A program made the position numbers and the translations under genes. Below, in pieces: positions 49,983 through 63,228 of a DNA stretch of 64,000 nt (position 1 is its first letter; every line of letters starts with the position of its first letter). The DNA lies in assembly GCA_964187785.1 (NCBI GenBank), contig OZ076409.1, forward strand, positions 2,232,001 through 2,296,000, written 5' to 3'. This DNA comes from Amphiscolops sp. MND2022. Lineage: Eukaryota. The notes below the pieces were generated by a model. The model was given only the letters and a program-made list of their open reading frames with translations. It searched no databases and was not told the origin of the DNA.

Positions 49983-50986
49983 ACACAGAGGCGAAGCCGT
50001 GCTTCGCAAACGCTTGCGAACTTTTGAAGAAAACCAAATAAGCGATATCATAAGGAGAACCCAAGGGTAAAAGGACATTAAAAATTCATCAATTTTACAA
50101 TATACAGCGCCAAAACATACCCGAAAGGATACGCATAAGTCTCGAATACCATTCTTCCCCCAACTGAAAACAGCAAAAAACCCATCTTTCTCAACGAAAA
50201 ACCTTTAAAAAACAGAAAATTGAGGGAAAAAAATTCAAAATTTTTCGAAAATATTTTTGATGGTCTCCGGTAAGTCGCATAGTGCCGAAAACCTTGAGGA
50301 GTCCTTAACTCTCGCAAAACGTTTCGTTTCTGGCAAAAATTGAGGAGGGGCTTCGGTGAAACAAATTTTTTAAAAAAGTCGCATAGAAAAAAGCATAGAA
50401 AAAACACCGGTCTTTTAAAACAACAAAAATCGGATATTGCGTGCCGGACCCGAGAAAACCTAATTTTAACACGAAAATTATTCCTTTTGAAAAATGTCAC
50501 AATGCCGGAAACTGTGAAAAAGGGGACCCTTTGAGATTTTTAACATCCATTCTGTTCAAAATTTCAAAAAATTGAAGGGGGACTCTTTGGAGACTTCAAT
50601 AAAAAATTTTCGAAAAACAAAAAAATGAGAAATTTTAAGGGCAGTCTCATAGTGCCGAAAAATCTTAAAAAAGGGACCCTTTGGGATTTCTTAACATTCG
50701 TTCTGTTGCAAAATATCAAAAAATTGAAAGGACTCTTTGGGGAAGTTTCAAAAAATCGAAAAAAATGTCTCACAAAGCCGATAAGTCTCATAGTGCCGAA
50801 AAAAAAGAACCTTCTGCTTCGGAATACTTGTAAAAAAAACAAGCGCATACCCACGGGTTCGAACACGAAACCTCTGGGTTGAAAAGCAAGCATCTTACCA
50901 CTAGACCACGAACGCGTGAAATGAGAGAGTTGTCGCGAGGAAAAAAGCACCCACACTTTCCCATAACACTTGCTTATCGCACGTGT
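49983..50986. mobile_element. HINE family C copy with tRNA-derived segment (~50846-50913, minus)
   Basis: Same termini as 39846/48477; TGGTCTAGTGG A-box and GTTCGAACCC B-box-like. Confidence 0.7.
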
Positions 50987-51283
50987 AACAAAAGACAAAA
51001 TGGGACAAAAGATATAGTTCAAAAAGCACTCAAAATTTCAAACGTTGAGACCTCAAAACAAGCTACAATTTTAATATAAAAACTAACTTCATTGTAAGCT
51101 ACATGAAATTTCAAAAACCGTTTGTCTACCTCTTTCAACAAACTTCAGAATTTTTCGAGTTTTCATGCTTTTCAATTCAAATCATTTTGCTTGATGTCTG
51201 TTTTTTTCAACAGAAAGTGTAGTTGTGTAAGTGTCAGATGGGTGATCATGTTTACCATACATGCCATGCCCAACCATACATAC

Positions 51284-51417
51284 CTGTTGGGGGGACTGGA
51301 AGTGGACGCACAAAGGGCAGAAGAGTTGCATGACGTCATCAGCAGGGCGGGGTCTTCGTTGCAGGGGCCACCCACACCCACACCCCCACTCGCAGGTACT
51401 CTAGCAGGTCCCCCTGT
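51284..51417 (-). CDS. fry: furry exon (TGGPARVP...STSSPPN)
   Basis: Acceptor ccacag, donor AG|GTATGT; phases 0/2 fit; low-complexity linker. Confidence 0.75.
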
Positions 51418-51515
51418 CTGTGGCGAACAAAGAAAGATGATTGAACAGACTCGCTCATTCAAGTTTTAATTTTCAAAAAAATAATGACGGCAATTTAAAA
51501 AAAACAATATATATA

Positions 51516-52943
51516 ACAAGCCGGGATCGGCACAAGTAGGCGCCCCACTCAAGCGCCCAAGGTTTTTTAAATATGCTACGAAACACTAATGTGAAAATTT
51601 TCAAATTTACTGTGCCAAAAAATACCCGAGAGGATACCCATAAGACTTGAAAACCACTTTTCTAAAACTGGAATTAACAAAAAACCCATTTCTTTAAAAA
51701 ATTTTTATTCGGAAAAAGGCTCATAGTGCCGAAAATGAAGCTTTAAAAGAGCACACTACTGAGAAAGCTTCTATCAAATTTACAGTACCAGAAATACCCG
51801 AAGGGATACCCATAAGACTCGGAAACCGCGTTTTCCGTGACTCGAAAAATCCGTGACATTTTTTCATTTTAATTGTTTTCTGAAAAAGTCTCGGCGTCGA
51901 AAAACCCAGAAAAACCCTCGAGTTAGCAAAACTCTTTTTCAAGCTGTCAACATTCATGAAAGTGAAGGGGGTGGGGTACACTTTGACCAAACACTTTTTT
52001 CGAAGTCGCGCAGTCCAAAAACAGTAGGTCATTTCCACAATAATTGAGAAAAGTTTACTCAGTTCCACAGGGTCAAAAATATTCCACGAGGTTACCCTTT
52101 GGACTCCGAAAAGTGTTTTCCCCCCAGAAAACCTCAAAAAAAAACAAGAAATTTGAGGCCAAAATCTTTTGGATAATTCTTCTCCGCAAAATATTTTTAA
52201 ATCTCCGTAAGTCGCATTGTGCCGAAAAAAACCGAACTTGGCCTCTAAGCACGCTTCTTACAAAAAGTCAATGAAAGTCGAAAAAGTGCTTCCTTACAAA
52301 CTATTTTAACAAGTTTTTCAGTTGGCGGCGCTTTTCGAAGAAAGGAACCGCCGACTATAGCGCCTATGGCTATTTTGAGACGAGCGATTTCGGCTCGGAA
52401 AAAAGTAGTTTTGCGAGTTGGAAGCTCTTTTTCAGCACAGATTTTTTAGTCGGCGCTTTTGTTAGTGAAAAGAGCCCGACTATTACAGTGGCTAGTTTTT
52501 TTTTAACTTTTTTTCGTCAGACCACAGACCTCATCGCGTATGTACCACTTTTTACAGAAACTGATAAAACTACTCAGACTACTCAGGCCAAGTCCAGCCA
52601 ATGCAAACTTAGTGCAAAGGGTCCCCCCTTTCATTTTTAACCTTTTTTACGTAACCTACAAAACCAGAAGAGACTAAAGGGTCTTCCCTTTCAATTTTTT
52701 TCGGCACTGTGCGACTTTTTTCGAAAATTTTTAATGTCTCAAAAGAGTCCCCCTTTCGAGTTTTCGATATTTTGCAACAGAATATATGTTAATAAAGCCC
52801 AAAGGGTCCCCCTTTTACATTTTTCGGCACTATGTGACATTTTCTGAAAGAAAAAAATCAAAATTTCCAAGTTTTTTTAAAAAAAGTCTTTTGCGCTTTT
52901 TGAGCCTTAGATATAGCGCCGACTTTAGACGTTCCCGTCTTGT
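51516..52943. mobile_element. Two HINE family A copies in opposite orientation (51516-~52357; 52444-52943)
   Basis: acaagccgggatc start; ttttagtcggcgc hairpin; ...cccgtcttgt end. Confidence 0.65.
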
Positions 52944-52993
52944 TAATTATTGAATGGACTCAATGTACATTTTGCAACTGAAAAGAACTGGTC

Positions 52994-53099
<106 letters not shown>

Positions 53100-53102
53100 T
53101 AC

Positions 53103-53401
53103 TTGAGGTGGGCCAGAGGAGCTGGCGGCGGCGGCGGCCGGTGTGACGGAGGTTGAGAGGGTGGCCTCTAGGGTGCTGTTTCTGCTCACACACGAGGAGG
53201 ACGTCCAGGCCCCACACGCCACTGTGAGGTAGTTGCGCCACAGTCCCAGGTAGTACTCATGAATGGGAGAGGGCCGCTTCGGGGTCCGTCTCAGGGTGGC
53301 AGCTGTCACTTCCTGTGGGTTTGTCTGGTCAATGAGAATGCTCATGAGGTTGATTCTGGTGCTCACGAAATTCCACGCGTGGTTCACCGCGTCCACACAT
53401 C
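53103..53401 (-). CDS. fry: furry exon (CVDAVNHAWNFVSTRINL...LGLWRNYLTVACG...GPPQ)
   Basis: Acceptor cctttttag, donor CAA|GTATGT; strong FRY-like motifs. Confidence 0.9.
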
Positions 53402-53680
53402 CTAAAAAGGAAACAAAGGAATTAGTCTGTCGTCTATTGAAGTCAAGTCTGTCTCTGAGACAAAACTTGATAGCAACACCTCAAACGTTAGACCATTTGT
53501 TTGAAAACAAAACGCTTCGTGTAAAGATTTTTCTGCCAGCTGCAGACTGCAAAGCCTCATTGCAAAATCAATGACGGTTCCATGGAAGAATGGGAAAACT
53601 TCAGCACCAAAGGGCTGATCTAGAAAACAAAACAACAAAATGCATGACATCAAGATCATCACAAATGAATTGGTGATAAA

Positions 53681-54192
53681 TAGTGTTGTTAGATAAAAAT
53701 CAATTGATAAATATCAATGATAAAAATCAAGATAATTATCAAGCTCAGTTTTCATTATCACTGATTAAAATCAAATTCGACGCTTGCAGGCCTGATCGGG
53801 TCTAGCTCAATTAGGCGATCGGTCAGCTAACCGATTGATAAATTGGAAGACTATCAGCTTTTTTATAAATTCATTAGTTTATTCAACTTCGCTCACGGTG
53901 GTATGGATTATAGCCGAACGACATTAAAGACGAATGGTATTTTTGAGTTTTCAATCATTACCTTACGTAATCTTCCAACTGAGCATCGAAGAGTGTGTTG
54001 ACAAAGCGGGAAAACTTTGTTTCAAGATTCTGAATAAATAACGAATTTGCTATTTTGTCACTGGCTTACACGTAATTCAATTGTTTCTGCCCAACCCTAT
54101 TTTTATCGAATTTTTTTGATAATTATCCGATTCTCAAAAAAAATCGAATATTTTTGATTTTTTAAATAAAATCAAGATTTTTAACAACACTA
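53681..54192. mobile_element. hAT-type MITE
   Basis: TIR TAGTGTTGTTA; 8-bp TSD GTGATAAA (53673-53680, 54193-54200). Confidence 0.82.
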
Positions 54193-54535
54193 GTGATAAA
54201 CTACCATCATAAACTATGTTTATTGGCATGTCATGAACTACCACGGCCTTGCCTTTCCTCGTGTGCAATAGTCGCAAGAGATGGATTCACTTCTAACTGA
54301 CTACGAGTGTATAGCACAGAGCTTCGAATGAGAACGCAGCTAATTTTGCACGTTCTGTGGCAATCGCGTCCTTTCTCCGAGATCTTAAGGGCTGGCTACC
54401 CGTGACATTAAATTGTTTGAGGCTAGAGGTCCTGGGCATGTATTACAAGAGAAGACCAATGGATTGAAAGTGTTCTGTCTTATTTTCGTGCAGTATCAAT
54501 TAAAAAGACGGCAAATTAAAAAAGGCAAAAAGAAA

Positions 54536-54772
54536 ACAAGACGCCCGCGGACCAGCGGGATATTTTCCGCCCCAAATCATTTGAGCAACAAAATCGTTTT
54601 AAGTCCAAAAATCTTTACAAATACATATCGCATGGAACTAAAATTATGTCAGTTGAATTCTGTGAATGTACTTCTTCATATTACGTAAACAATAATTCTT
54701 GGCAAATTATGTAAAAAAACCCGTTTGATTTAAATATTTTCCTTTCCCATATGGAATATGGGCGGAAAATAA
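54536..54772. mobile_element. HINE family D copy
   Basis: acaagacgcccgc...tattttccgccc; end hairpin ...cccatatggaatatgggcggaaaa. Confidence 0.6.
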
Positions 54773-56211
54773 AAAACTATTTCCAATGTCTCAAAAGTGT
54801 ATTGAGCGTTTTGTTTGTTTTCAAGTCAACCAAGTTCCTGATTTGCTTCAAATTTTGAGATTGAGATTATGAAAAGATTCCAAAACGTAATTCAGAACAG
54901 TGTATTGTCGTATACTGAGTTCCTCTTATAACATGTAATCGTATTGTCGAACGTTTCGTATATCGTATATTCGTATAATTGGCCCTCTTATACCGTATAA
55001 AGGCATGAAACATAATTTTTGGATCATTTTTCTATCGGAAAGTGTTGATTACCTCAGGAAAGGTGATTGCAATAGTCCCCTTTCCGTATTCCATGTAGCC
55101 TATTTCCATTTTAGGATGCATTTCATTTGAAATTCATAACAAAATTTTCATATTTTCCAAAAACTTCCTTGCCCGTTACGGCAAAATCGACGCAAAACGA
55201 CTGAAAAACGATTCTCCGTATAACTCGTATAATAATTGGCATCTCCGTATAACATGTAATTCGTATAGAAAATAGTGGGTTTCGTATAATTTTTCGTATA
55301 ATCGTATATCTTGTACAATAGACTGATTCAGAAGTATAAAAAACTTTAGAACACACCTCGTGATTTTGTTCGAATTTTCTGTTTGATCTTTTTGCAGCCT
55401 CAAGACATGTTTCTCGCCTAAAGAGGCCGCCTTTTTCAGACATCTACCGAAATTTTTTTTTCTAATTTGGTCGAATTTTCGCCGAACTTTTCTTGAATCA
55501 ATTTTGATATTCTCTGTCTAAAAATTGATCTTTAACTCATCGACGTTTCTGTCAACAGACACTACACTAGTGAAAGGTAAAAAACACAAAAACATCTAGT
55601 TTTGGCAAGGAATTGTCTGAGCGTGTATTTTGGGGTATGACTTTTGATCTAGCGAATTAGCGACCGTGCATGAATTGTTCAGCGATTTCATCAGCGATTC
55701 AAACAAATGGTAACTAATGGAATGTCCGAAATCAAATTTTTCTCAGATTATACTCGGATATTCAAAATGAACTTCAAAAATCCAACTCTTACCACTGTAA
55801 AACCTCGACAGTATAAAAAATTCCAGTCTGTTTGGGCTCAGAGATTATTTAAGCATGTCCACAACTTTAGCAGCTGCAGAACTATTTAGCGATCTTCGAG
55901 CGGGCATATATTTGACATGAAAATGTACCGGGACTTCAATTTTAGTTTCTTTTCCTTTTTAGTTTTCAAATTGATTCTTGAAAGATGCTCCAAGTTAGTA
56001 AACAGCTAATAGTTTGGAGAAAAACCTTTCTGTAGAGAAGAAGCGATTTTTGAATTAGCGTTTTAACGATTAGCGGAAAAACTTAGCGATGTCAAAACCG
56101 TGCCGACAATGTACTTGAATTAACTAAGTAGGGTAAACATCATTCTAACTCAGGAAATGAATCTCATTTCACTTTGTTCATTAATAGTAGAAAGAAAAGT
56201 ATCATAGATCG

Positions 56212-56712
56212 AAAAATGGGCGCCTCCGGGGCACACTAGTCTTCCATTAATAATAGAATCATATCTGGAATACAAATACTTTTGTGTTTAATCATTATTT
56301 AGCGCATAATTAATCACTGTACCAATTTATACCGCCTTTAAATCTCGGACTAAAGCAAATATAACTACTAAGCGTAGACGAAGTTTCGCATTCGCATTTG
56401 AATGCAGGCGAAGCTCTCGGCCAATGAACAATTAACACTCATTCGCTTGATCTCAATTACTCGGCGTACAAAAAAAAATAACGAACATTCGCTCGCTTCA
56501 TCTCAATGACGTCAGCCTACGAATGCATAATTACCACTCGCTCGCTCCATCGCACGAAGATTGAAATGTCGTCGGCAGCTTGAGAAAATTAATTCTCACG
56601 CTTACACTCACTGCCGAACAAAACATCTGAATTTTTCAGTGAATACAAACAAAAATTTTACTGGAAAAAAGTAAAACTTTCAGATTTCCATAGTATTCCT
56701 GCTTTGCAGAAT
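56212..56712. mobile_element. HINE family B copy
   Basis: Colinear with 21733-22207 and 59165-59680. Confidence 0.72.
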
Positions 56713-56788
56713 AATAATAATAATAATAATGCTGATAGAGTGGGTTTCCAGCTTTTGCAAGAGGGGGGGGGGCGAAAGTAGTACTTTC

Positions 56789-57098
56789 CTGGCACCATGA
56801 GACAGTAGGGACTGTTGATGAGGTGGATGATGCAATAGAACCAGGGGTCGAAAGTGTCTCTGAGGTTGCACGCCGCGCTCTCCTTCAACACACAGTAGTT
56901 GCCGCCACTGTCCCCCGCTCCTGTTGCTGCTGCTGAGGATGATGACGTCACAACTGATGACGTCACGGGCACAGTGGAGGAGGAGGAGTTGGTGGCACAC
57001 TCGAAAGGCAGGTCGTAGCTGGCATTGACACACCACATGGGAGAGGTCTTCTCACAGAGCCAGTTCAAATCCGGGGCAGCTGCCGTCGCTGCCCAGAA
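56789..57098 (-). CDS. fry: furry exon (FWAATAAAPDLNWL...FDPWFYCIIHLINSPYCLMVP-G), probable GA donor
   Basis: Acceptor gtttgtag phase 0; next exon needs phase 1, given by CAG|GAAAGT; DPW motif. Confidence 0.8.
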
Positions 57099-58028
57099 CT
57101 ACAAACACGCAGACAGCAAGGAAAGGATGAGACAAGGACCATGTTTCTATGTTTCTTAAACCCCAAATATTACCCCCCCCCACCCCAACACGAAATCTTG
57201 AAAAAAGTTCTTGCACGAATAAAAGAAATTTATATGGTTAGAAATACTTCAAGAATTGTCTCTAAGGATGCTTCGACACTTCCAGCAAAGAATTACCCTA
57301 TATTTTTAAATTTATTAAGCTAAAATTGTGTAAAAAGTCCCTAATTTAACGTATACTTTCTCCGCCATAAAATAAAGTGAGCCACTTTTGACTGTGAATC
57401 AATGTGGAGGATGATACGATTATGTTGACATCAATTATTTTATCGGACCGAAAATTCAAAGCTAACTGCCGACATAATGACATTAGAACCTTGCTTTTTA
57501 TCCCACCGTGGCCACATTAAAATGCAATAAACTGGCAAATTCTTACTCAGAGTCCCAGATTTTGGATTTTAATGCATTATTCTGCCGGGTAACTTGCAAG
57601 ATCTTGGTAGCTTTTACCTGATCTTGCAGAGTTGGTCCAAAAATCTTGCAAAATATGTTTGATCTTGTTGCAAGAAATTCATGACAAAAAAACAAAACTT
57701 TGCCAAAATTGAAGCGTTTCTCAATCCAAAAGCGAAGAGCATTGGGTCACAAAATGTTCGTTTGATCAAACTTCACGTGAAACGTAATCCCATCTCACAT
57801 AAACATCAAGTAAAGATTGGGGGGGGGGAGAGGCTACGTCATAGAACATGATAGTCAATATATTATTCTATCATCGCGTGCTGCCAACTTGAAAGGAGAA
57901 TTGGGCGAATTGTTACAGAAGAGTATTAAAACAGAGCATAGTACCTGATAATGAACATGGTCATTTTGCTGAGAAAAAAAAACAAAACGTTTCTCATTTT
58001 TGAAAAAAAACGACCCTTCAGAGCAATT

Positions 58029-58386
58029 TTTAGTTGGCGTTTTTCGTAGAAAAACGCAGACTATAGTAGTGGCTTTTCTTTTTTTAAGACCAACGAAGTG
58101 ACAGATTTTATAAGCTGGCTTGAACAAACACTAAATGCCACACTACCTCTACTGGCACTTGAGATAGAGGTTAATTAGGCTTTTTTGAGGTCCTCTTGTA
58201 CATTTTTCAGCACTATGCGACTTATCGGAGGCCAAAAAATTTTTGAAAAAAACTTCGAAAAAAATGGGATTTTTTTCTATTTTTTCCTCATGCGGGTACT
58301 GTAGAAGAGAATACTTGACACTTTGAAGTCCTTTTGCTAGTTTTGAGCCTTAGATATGGCGCCGACTTGGGCCGTTCCCGGCTTGT
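58029..58386. mobile_element. HINE family A copy
   Basis: ttagttggcgtttttcgtagaaaaacgcagacta to ...gccgttcccggcttgt. Confidence 0.72.
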
Positions 58387-58454
58387 TGTCTTTTAAACGA
58401 GCTGCAGTTATTGGAGAAGAACAGTTTTAATAGCTGGCAAGAAGTGTTGCTCAC

Positions 58455-58608
58455 CCGTTCGTTGGCGGATAGTTTGGGCAGCATCTGTTCCAGCACCGAG
58501 GGCAGTGCCCGGTCCATCCTGGCCACAGCTGGCACGAAGCCCATCGTCTGGGGCAGCCTCAAGTCACAAGCCAGCATGTGCGCCTCCTTCAGCAGCACAA
58601 CCGCCAGT
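58455..58608 (-). CDS. fry: furry exon (LAVVLLKEAHML...KLSANER)
   Basis: Acceptor ttgccag, donor CGG|GTGAGC; phases 2/0 fit neighbours. Confidence 0.85.
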
Positions 58609-59164
58609 CTGGCAAGAAAACAAACAACGGGAGCTTAAACCAGATTCGCATGTGCGGTAAGGGAGTCGGAAACGGATTGAAACATTGAAAAACAAATTAC
58701 CTACTTTATTGTCATTCGGTCATTTTTGGACTAATTTTGACTGTATTTCTCAGATCCCAGTCATATAATTATGATGTCATTGCGCATGCAGTATGAACAA
58801 AATCGTATGGAGAGTTTTTGAGAAATTTGAAAGGTCGGGAGAAAAAAAGGCACGAGTGCATAAGTAGTCTAAAATTTTTCCGACTCCTAAAAATTACAAC
58901 TTCGTTAAATGCGCCATGTTACATTGGATCTATTGGATAAACGCATGGCGTGTACAGACAAAAGCGCCCCAATGCAAAACGTCTCACTCATTTTCGAGTT
59001 GATATCACCGCCTCTAATTAAGGCACCTGAATTAAGGTGTTCGAAGATAAGGTTAACTCCCTGGTAATGCAAGATTTGACATTCTCTCACCTTACAAATC
59101 TGAATTGAAAACGACTTAAAGTGCAAATTTTGGTATTTGTGAACAAACTGTATCAATTTATAAA

Positions 59165-59680
59165 AAATAGGCCCCTCCGGGGCTCAGTACTATTTCTGCT
59201 TTAATCTTTTTTTGAAACAAAAAATTCATTAATAAAAGAATCATATTTGGAATACCAATACTCTTGTTTAATCATTATTTAGCGCACAATTAATCACTGT
59301 ACAAGTTTACACCGCCTTTAATTCTTCTCGGACTAAAAAAAAATATAACTACTAAGCGTAGACGAAGTTTCGCATTCGTATTTGAATGCAGGCGAAGCTC
59401 TCCGAGAACGAATAATTAACACTCATTCGCTTCATCTCAATAACTCGGGGCAACGAAAGCACAATTACGAATATTCGCTCGCTTCATCTCAATGACGTCA
59501 GCATACGAATGGATAATTACCACTCGCTCGTTCCATCGCACTAGAACTGAATTTAAATCTCTCGCTTACACTCACTGCCGAACAAAATATCTGAATTATT
59601 CAGATCGTCCGAAAAATTGTTCTGAAAAAAAGTAGACGCTTCCAGATTTCAATAATATTCCTGCTAAAGCAGAAATATTA
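59165..59680. mobile_element. HINE family B copy
   Basis: Both termini intact. Confidence 0.75.
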
Positions 59681-59919
59681 ATGAATCAAAATGTCGATGC
59701 ACTGGTTTAAACATGAAAAACTGATAATTATTCAATAGAAGTGAGGAACTTGAAGTTAGCGATGAAAAAAGTCAGCAATTTCTCTGTAGTCATTGATTGG
59801 GGCGCTTTTGTCTGGTAACCACAGATGGACAGCCCCACAGTCGATCCTTCTCAGCGTATTCTGGAATGGTCTTGTGTTACATAGCCTCAGATGAATAATT
59901 TCTTGTTTTCAGTGCCCGT

Positions 59920-60395
59920 TTTTAGTCGGTGCTTTATCCTTTGGAGGAAAAATGCCCGACTATAGCAGTAACCTTTTTTTTCTTCAGACTACAATCCTCA
60001 CACTGATCGGTCCACTTTTCAGAAACAATCCTGAAACCACCTAAGGCGCCAAGTCGGGCCAATGCAACCTTAGTGCAAAGGGTCCCCCTTTCGTTTTTTA
60101 CTTTTTCAAGGTAACCCAAAACCGGACGGGACTAAAGAGTCCTTCCTTTCGATTTTTTTTTCGGCACTGTGCGACTTTTTTTCGAAAATTTTTTTATGTC
60201 CCAAGGGGTCCCCCCTTTGAGTTTTTTGTTATTTTGCAACAATGCATGTTTATAAGTCAAAAAGGGTCCCCCTTTTACATTTTTCGGCACTGTGCGACAT
60301 TTTCCGAAAGAGAAAAATTGTTTTTCCGAAAAAAAAAATGTTTTGCGCTTTTTGAGCCTTAGATATAGCGCCGACTTTAGACGTTCTCGTCTTGT
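59920..60395. mobile_element. HINE family A copy
   Basis: ttttagtcggtgc... to ...agacgttctcgtcttgt. Confidence 0.72.
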
Positions 60396-60885
60396 TTCTT
60401 CCCATCAAGACATACTTTAAAAATCTGTTCATAACATTGGTTCGTGAACAACTTCCATTTCAATTCAAGTAAACAAACTCAGGAAATCGGGTGTGTGTTC
60501 TCTTAATATATCTTATCATATCATATAGGATCAAAAAAATGTTATCAACTAATTATTGAAATGGTGATAAAATTGTTAGATAATACATTATACATGATAT
60601 TCAGTAATTATAATATCATTAGAACTCTTATCATGATATTACCACTTCAAAAAACAAGCACTTTGATTGCTTAATGCCTTCATATAGTTGACCGTTCGTA
60701 TTTTCAATAAAAAACTTTAGTACAGGACGCGAACCCATGAACTCCTGCTTCTGAAGTTGCGTTTCCTGGAAATCGGAGTAAACCAGTAGGCCAAATTTAA
60801 AAATTTTTGACCCATGCAAAATTTATAAAAAGACGCTTCGAAGTGACTGAAGAAAAAAATTGCCATTATAAGAGTCGTGCACTTT

Positions 60886-61212
60886 TTTGTCGGCGCTTTT
60901 CGTAGAAAACGCAGACTATAGCAGTGACTCTTTTAGGACCAACGAAGTGACTTGCACTAACACTAACTGCCACACTACTTCTACTGGCACTTGAGATAGA
61001 GGTTAATTAGGCTTTTTTGAGGTCCCCTTTTACATTTCTCGGCACTATGGCACTTACCGGACACCAAAAAATTGAAAAAAAATATAAAGTTTCGACAATT
61101 TTTTTTCAATTTTTTCCTCATGCGGGTACTGTAGAAGAGAATACTTGGAAGTCCTTTTGCTATTTTTGAGCCTTAGATATGGCGCCGACTTAGACCGTTC
61201 CCGGCTGGCTTG
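60886..61212. mobile_element. HINE family A copy (same subfamily as 58029-58386)
   Basis: Shared internal sequence and termini. Confidence 0.7.
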
Positions 61213-61240
61213 TTTCAAAAAGCACCGACTAAAAACCAAC

Positions 61241-61427
61241 CGTCGAGTGTTTGGTCTCAAATGGCAGAGAGTGCAAAGAGACAAGCCCTCCACTCTCCTC
61301 AGGGCACTGATGCACTGCTCGTTGTCGTCCTTCTTGAGGCTGTTAGACTTGGATTTGGGCGTCACGTTTTCAGCCGCCACATTAGAGAACATCAGGGGGG
61401 ACGCCTTGGTCGGAATCGGCGCCGGGC
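61241..61427 (-). CDS. fry: furry exon (GPAPIPTK...VEGLSLCTLCHLRPNTR)
   Basis: Acceptor ttccag, donor CG|GTTGGT; FRY-like VEG...LC...TRR motif continues into next exon. Confidence 0.85.
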
Positions 61428-61867
61428 CTGGAATAGAAACCCAGAATGATGGAACAAAACAAAAAAGAAATAATATTCTTAGTCGCGATTGACCTATTAT
61501 AGTCACTGCCGAAGAAAATATCTGAATTTTTGAGTGTCACGACAAGAATTGTTCTGAAAAAAAGTAGAATTCTTGATGTTTCAATAATAACAAGTGAGGC
61601 AGACGTTTGAAAAGCCGAAGAAAGATAGGTATCTTCTTCCAAAACCGAAATACAGCACCTAATCTAATTCGAAAACTGGTTTCAACACATCTCGGAAAAC
61701 TTGAGATGAAAAGCATAACAAAAAATACAATGAAATACATGTTGAACATTTTTGAATACAACATTTTGATAGCTTTGTTAGGGTTTGGAATTTCTTATCA
61801 AATATTCTCATGTTTCCAGCGCAATTGCCCATACCGGCTCTGGTTGCACGTGTTGTTGTTCTATCGT

Positions 61868-62183
61868 TTTTAGTCGGCGCTTTAATGAAGTGAAGCGTGA
61901 CTATACTAGTGACTTTTTTCAATCCACACGAATTGACCAAAATAGTTCTACAAATTTCCGCGAAAATTTAAGGTGTCAAATTGTACCATTTGACACAGGG
62001 AACTGAACCACAATCTGTTCCTTCTTTTTAGCGTAACAAACAACCGGATGGGACTAAAGGGTACTATACCTTTTCGACTCATTTTCGGGTACTGTAGAAG
62101 GGAATACTTGACACTTTGAAGTCTTTGCGCTATTTTTGAGCCTTAGGTATGGCGCTGACTTATGCTGTCTGTTCCCGGCTTGT
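61868..62183. mobile_element. HINE family A copy
   Basis: tttagtcggcgctttaatgaagtgaagcgtgacta to ...ttcccggcttgt. Confidence 0.68.
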
Positions 62184-62914
62184 TAGAATTAGAAATTTTT
62201 GGACACAATCGAAGTTTGGAGTGGAATGATTTTGCTATTTTCCGCCCACATATAATGGGGGAGGAAAATCATGATCTGTGTTGCGTTTTTTTTACGAATT
62301 CGGCCAAATCTCTTCCCAGTTTCTTCATCGACCTCACTTATTACTTGACTATTTTAGTTACTTGACTATTCTAGTTTTTCTATTCGAGAAGTTATTGGCA
62401 CTGGAGTATATATAGTTGAAAACATTCAATTTTTTGCGAAATTCTTGCAATTTTGTAAGATTTGCAAATTTCAGCCGAGAATGGTACAAAAAATCCATAC
62501 AAATCTTATAAAACAAAACTCTTACAAAATTTGCATCGTACGATTTGAAGAAATATTTTTCAAAAACCGGTACCAGCCTATTAATCAGAAAAAAAATCAT
62601 GAGAGCGATAAATGATACTATCCATTTCCATACTCTCAACCTCAACTTTTCGCGACAAAAGAACCCTATCTCAGTTAAGGCCAACACTACAGTAGACAGC
62701 AGTAGCAATGGGAGGGTTAAGGGCAGGGATTTACATTTATTAAATGCATTATTAATGCATCTCGGCATTCAATAAATGTTAGTGAACAAAAAATTCATTT
62801 ATTGCATTTATTGCAATTAATGTAAAGATTATTGCATCATAAAATCATTGATTATTGTTCAAAATTTTTTGAACAGTTTCAACAGTCCAAAGCACTTTGT
62901 TCATAGCCAAAACC

Positions 62915-63228
62915 GGATCTCTTTCACTATATCCCCCCTTACAGCAAAAAGGGGGAACATAGTGAAACGCTATTAAATGCATGTATTGCACATTCTAATA
63001 GCGCAGATCTGCTCTTATTTAGCAGCGCTTCTGATTGGCTGAGAGGTGATTTTGATAAAAAGAACCAATAAAAAGTGTGGATAGTTATGACGACATCAAT
63101 TGATTGACAGAATAGCATGAGAGATTAGCCAATAGGAGATAAATATAAATGAGCCACAAACATTTATTTTCTCTAGGGGGGACATAGTGTAACGAGTGAT
63201 ATAGGGGGGGGCATAGTGAAAGAGATCC
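62915..63228. mobile_element. Merlin-like MITE (copy of 20806-21130)
   Basis: TIR GGATCTCTTTCACTAT; TSD CCAAAACC/CGAAAACC (1 mismatch). Confidence 0.78.

Noticed and set aside
56785..56788. Canonical GT donor AA|GTACTA for the 57098 exon
   Set aside because: Phase 2 puts the next exon out of frame at its natural acceptor.
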